A DNA stretch of 64,000 bases from NCBI GenBank assembly GCA_044344255.1, contig JBIJDH010000013.1:1-64000 (forward strand). Direction: 5' to 3'. A model generated the notes under the pieces. That model saw only the letters and a program-made list of their open reading frames with translations. It was not told the DNA's origin and made no database searches. A program made the translations under genes and the position numbers. Source of the stretch: Myxococcota bacterium. Lineage in GTDB: Bacteria; Myxococcota_A; UBA796; UBA2385. Below, piece by piece: positions 61,646 through 64,000 of this stretch. How positions within the stretch are numbered: position 1 is the stretch's first letter; every line of letters starts with the position of its first letter.

Positions 61646-63639
61646 GCCTGTACCGGGTCGAGCGCCGCGGGGGCCTGCGGGGAGAGCTGAGGGTCCCCGG
61701 AGACAAGTCGATCTCGCACCGCGCCCTGCTGCTGAACGGCGTCGCGCACGGCCACGCCCGGGTGGGCGGCCTGCTCGACGCCGGCGACGTGCGCTCGACG
61801 GCGCGCTGCCTCCGCCTGCTCGGCGTCTCGATCGAGCGAGACGGCGGCGACGTCGTGGTCGAGGGCCGGGCCATGCGCCTGCTCGAGCCCCAGGACGTGC
61901 TCGACTGTGGAAACTCGGGCACGAGCATCCGCCTGCTCTCGGGCGTGCTGGCCGGCCAGCCCTTCCTGAGCGTGCTCACCGGCGACGCCTCCCTCCGCGG
62001 GCGGCCGATGCGCCGGGTGCTCGATCCCCTGCGCAGCATGGGGGCCCGCGTGGACGGGCGAGGGGAGGGGAGCCTCGCCCCGCTGGCGATCCGCGGCGGC
62101 GGCCTCCAGAACCGCGCTCACACGCTGCCCATCGCCTCGGCCCAGGTCAAGAGCGCGCTGCTGCTCGCCGGCCTGCAAGGGGAGGGGGAGCTTGACCTCC
62201 GCGTCGACGTCTGCCGGGACCACACCGAGCGGATGCTGCTCGCCATGGGCGTGTCGCTGCAGATCGACGCCGGCGGTCTGCGGCTCCTCGGCCGCGTGGT
62301 GCCCGAGTCGGTCGATGTGGACGTGCCCGGCGACATCTCCTCTGCGGCCTTCTTCCTGGTCGCCGCCACCATCGTGCCGGACTCCGAGGTCATGCTGCGC
62401 GACGTCGGCCTCAACCCCACACGCGACGGCATCATCGAGGTGCTGCGCCGCATGGGCGCCGACATCCGGATCGAGGACCGGATCGAGGTGGCAGGCGAGG
62501 CCCGCGGTACGCTGATCGTGCGCTCGGCCGCGCTGCGAGGCGTCACCATCGAGGCCGCGCTGGTGCCACGGCTCATCGACGAGCTGCCCGTGCTGGCCGT
62601 CGCCGCGGCCATGGCCGAGGGCGAGACCATCGTGATGGGCGCCAGTGAGCTCCGCGTGAAGGAGTCCGACCGCATCCGCGCGACGGTCAGCCTGCTTCGG
62701 GCGCTCGGCGCCGAGGCCGACGAGCGCCCCGACGGCTTCGTGGTGCGCGGCGGCGGCTTCCGCAGCGGCGGCCAGATCGACGCCGACCAGGACCACCGCA
62801 TCGCCATGGCCGGGGCCGTAGCGGGCCTCGTGGCGCCGGGCCCCACCTACATCGACGGCTTCGAGGCGGTGGGGATCTCCTTCCCCACCTTCCCGAACCT
62901 GCTCGCCTCCCTGCAGGCCGCCGGCGCCGGACCGCGGCACCGCGCCCCGCATCGGGCGCCCCGCCCGCTGACCATCGCCATCGACGGCCCGGCCAGCTCC
63001 GGCAAGGGAACCGTCGCCCGCGCCGTCGCCCGCGCCCTCGGCTACGCCTACATCGACTCCGGGGCGATGTACCGCACGGTCGCGCTCCTCGCCGAAGAGA
63101 ACGGCGTCCCCTGGACCGACGCCTCCGCCCTCGGCACGCTCACCGCCTCGATCGACTTCCGCTTCCGCTGGGATGGGGACGCGCTGCGCGTCTCCGTGGG
63201 CGAGCGCGACGTCACCGAGGTGCTGCGCGCCGAGCACATCGGCAAGGGCGCCTCGGCGGTAGCGGTGCTGCCGGCCGTGCGCTCGGCCCTGCTCGGTCGC
63301 CAGCGGGCCCTCGGCGAGGCGGGGGGCGTGGTCATGGACGGCCGTGACATCGGCACCGTCGTGCTCCCCGACGCCGAGCTCAAGATCTTCCTCGACGCCC
63401 GCCCCGAAGAGCGGGCCCGACGCCGGCACGCCGAGCTCGTCGCCCGCGGGGTGGCCGTCGAGCTCCCGACCGTCCTCGCCGAGATCCGCGAGCGGGACGA
63501 GCGGGACAGCCAGCGGGCCACCGCGCCGCTCAAGAAGGCCGACGACGCCGAGGTCGTCGACTCCACCGGCCGCACGGTGGCCGAGGTCGTCGACCGCGCC
63601 CTCGAGCTCGCCCGGGCCCGCGGGGCGATCGCGCCTTGA
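61642..63639 (+). CDS. aroA: Bifunctional EPSP synthase / cytidylate kinase (AroA-Cmk fusion)
   Basis: PGDKSISHR, CGNSGT, SAQVKS, RDHTE, KESDR, DHRIAM, then IAIDGPASSGKGT, DSGAMYR, DGRDIGT in one ORF. Confidence 0.95.
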
Positions 63640-63832
63640 CGGGCGGCGTATCGCTCGGCTAAGCCCTGTCCCCTTCAAGCGAGCGCCTGGTCTCTTGGGC
63701 GCGCCGCCGGTCGGACCGCGAAGGGAACGCGGCCGGCCCGGCCGAGCAGGGATCTTCCTGCTCGGGCCAGCGAACCTTCCCCTCGCACTCCCCCCGCCGC
63801 CTCCTTTGGCGGCCCTGAGGCCCTTTCCACCC

Positions 63833-64000
63833 ATGTCCGACTCCAACCGCCCGGTCAACCTCGACTCGAACCTCGCCGACCTCGGCAACGACGACTTCAA
63901 GAGCTTCTTCGACCAGTACCTCTCCGACTCCGACATCCGTGAGCAGAGCGTCGTCACCGGCCGCGTCCTCAGCATCGAGGGTGATTGGGTCACGGTGGAC
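63833..64000 (+). CDS. rpsA: 30S ribosomal protein S1, 5' part (truncated by the window edge)
   Basis: MSD...DFKSFFDQYL...IREQSVVTGRVLSIEGDWVTVD, the S1 N-terminus, in the usual cmk-rpsA order. Confidence 0.85.
   Translation, partial: MSDSNRPVNLDSNLADLGNDDFKSFFDQYLSDSDIREQSVVTGRVLSIEGDWVTVD

Overview
High-GC bacterial chromosomal DNA, densely coding, with about 51 genes. The gene content points to a Myxococcota or other deltaproteobacterial genome (inference from a MYXO-CTERM-like tail, Asp-rich lipoprotein linkers, MopE-like/FG-GAP proteins, an ePK-like protein and a STAND regulator). Housekeeping genes include an lgt-family gene, a DTW/TapT-like gene, ridA, hpt, fbaB, thiC, acs, tdk, a PfkB kinase, ggt, a biotin carboxylase, a PduO-type adenosyltransferase, bolA, era-der-mutL-miaA and accA-aroA/cmk-rpsA. 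They are interleaved with about 10 predicted lipoproteins and many uncharacterised envelope proteins. I see no rRNA, tRNA, CRISPR array, transposase or integrase. The most promising leads are six. (1) A recurring secreted helical/PEGA-like/C-terminal-hairpin protein, coupled once to a membrane pseudokinase and once to a large Ca-binding adhesin-like lipoprotein. (2) A stand-alone SIR2-family protein whose catalytic His is replaced by Arg, sitting inside a metabolic operon. (3) A DUF4331/beta-propeller/TPR/Lgt envelope cluster with an ECF18/19-like promoter. (4) Lipoproteins with acidic (D-A-D-S/T)n or collagen-like (G-A/T-D)n stalks, one inside a flippase-like plus GT-C-like operon. (5) An 'inverted' lipid-anchored trimeric-adhesin-like fibre. 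(6) A thiC leader with no TPP aptamer but an RBS-sequestering alternative stem. All family assignments come from motif recognition by eye, not database searches.
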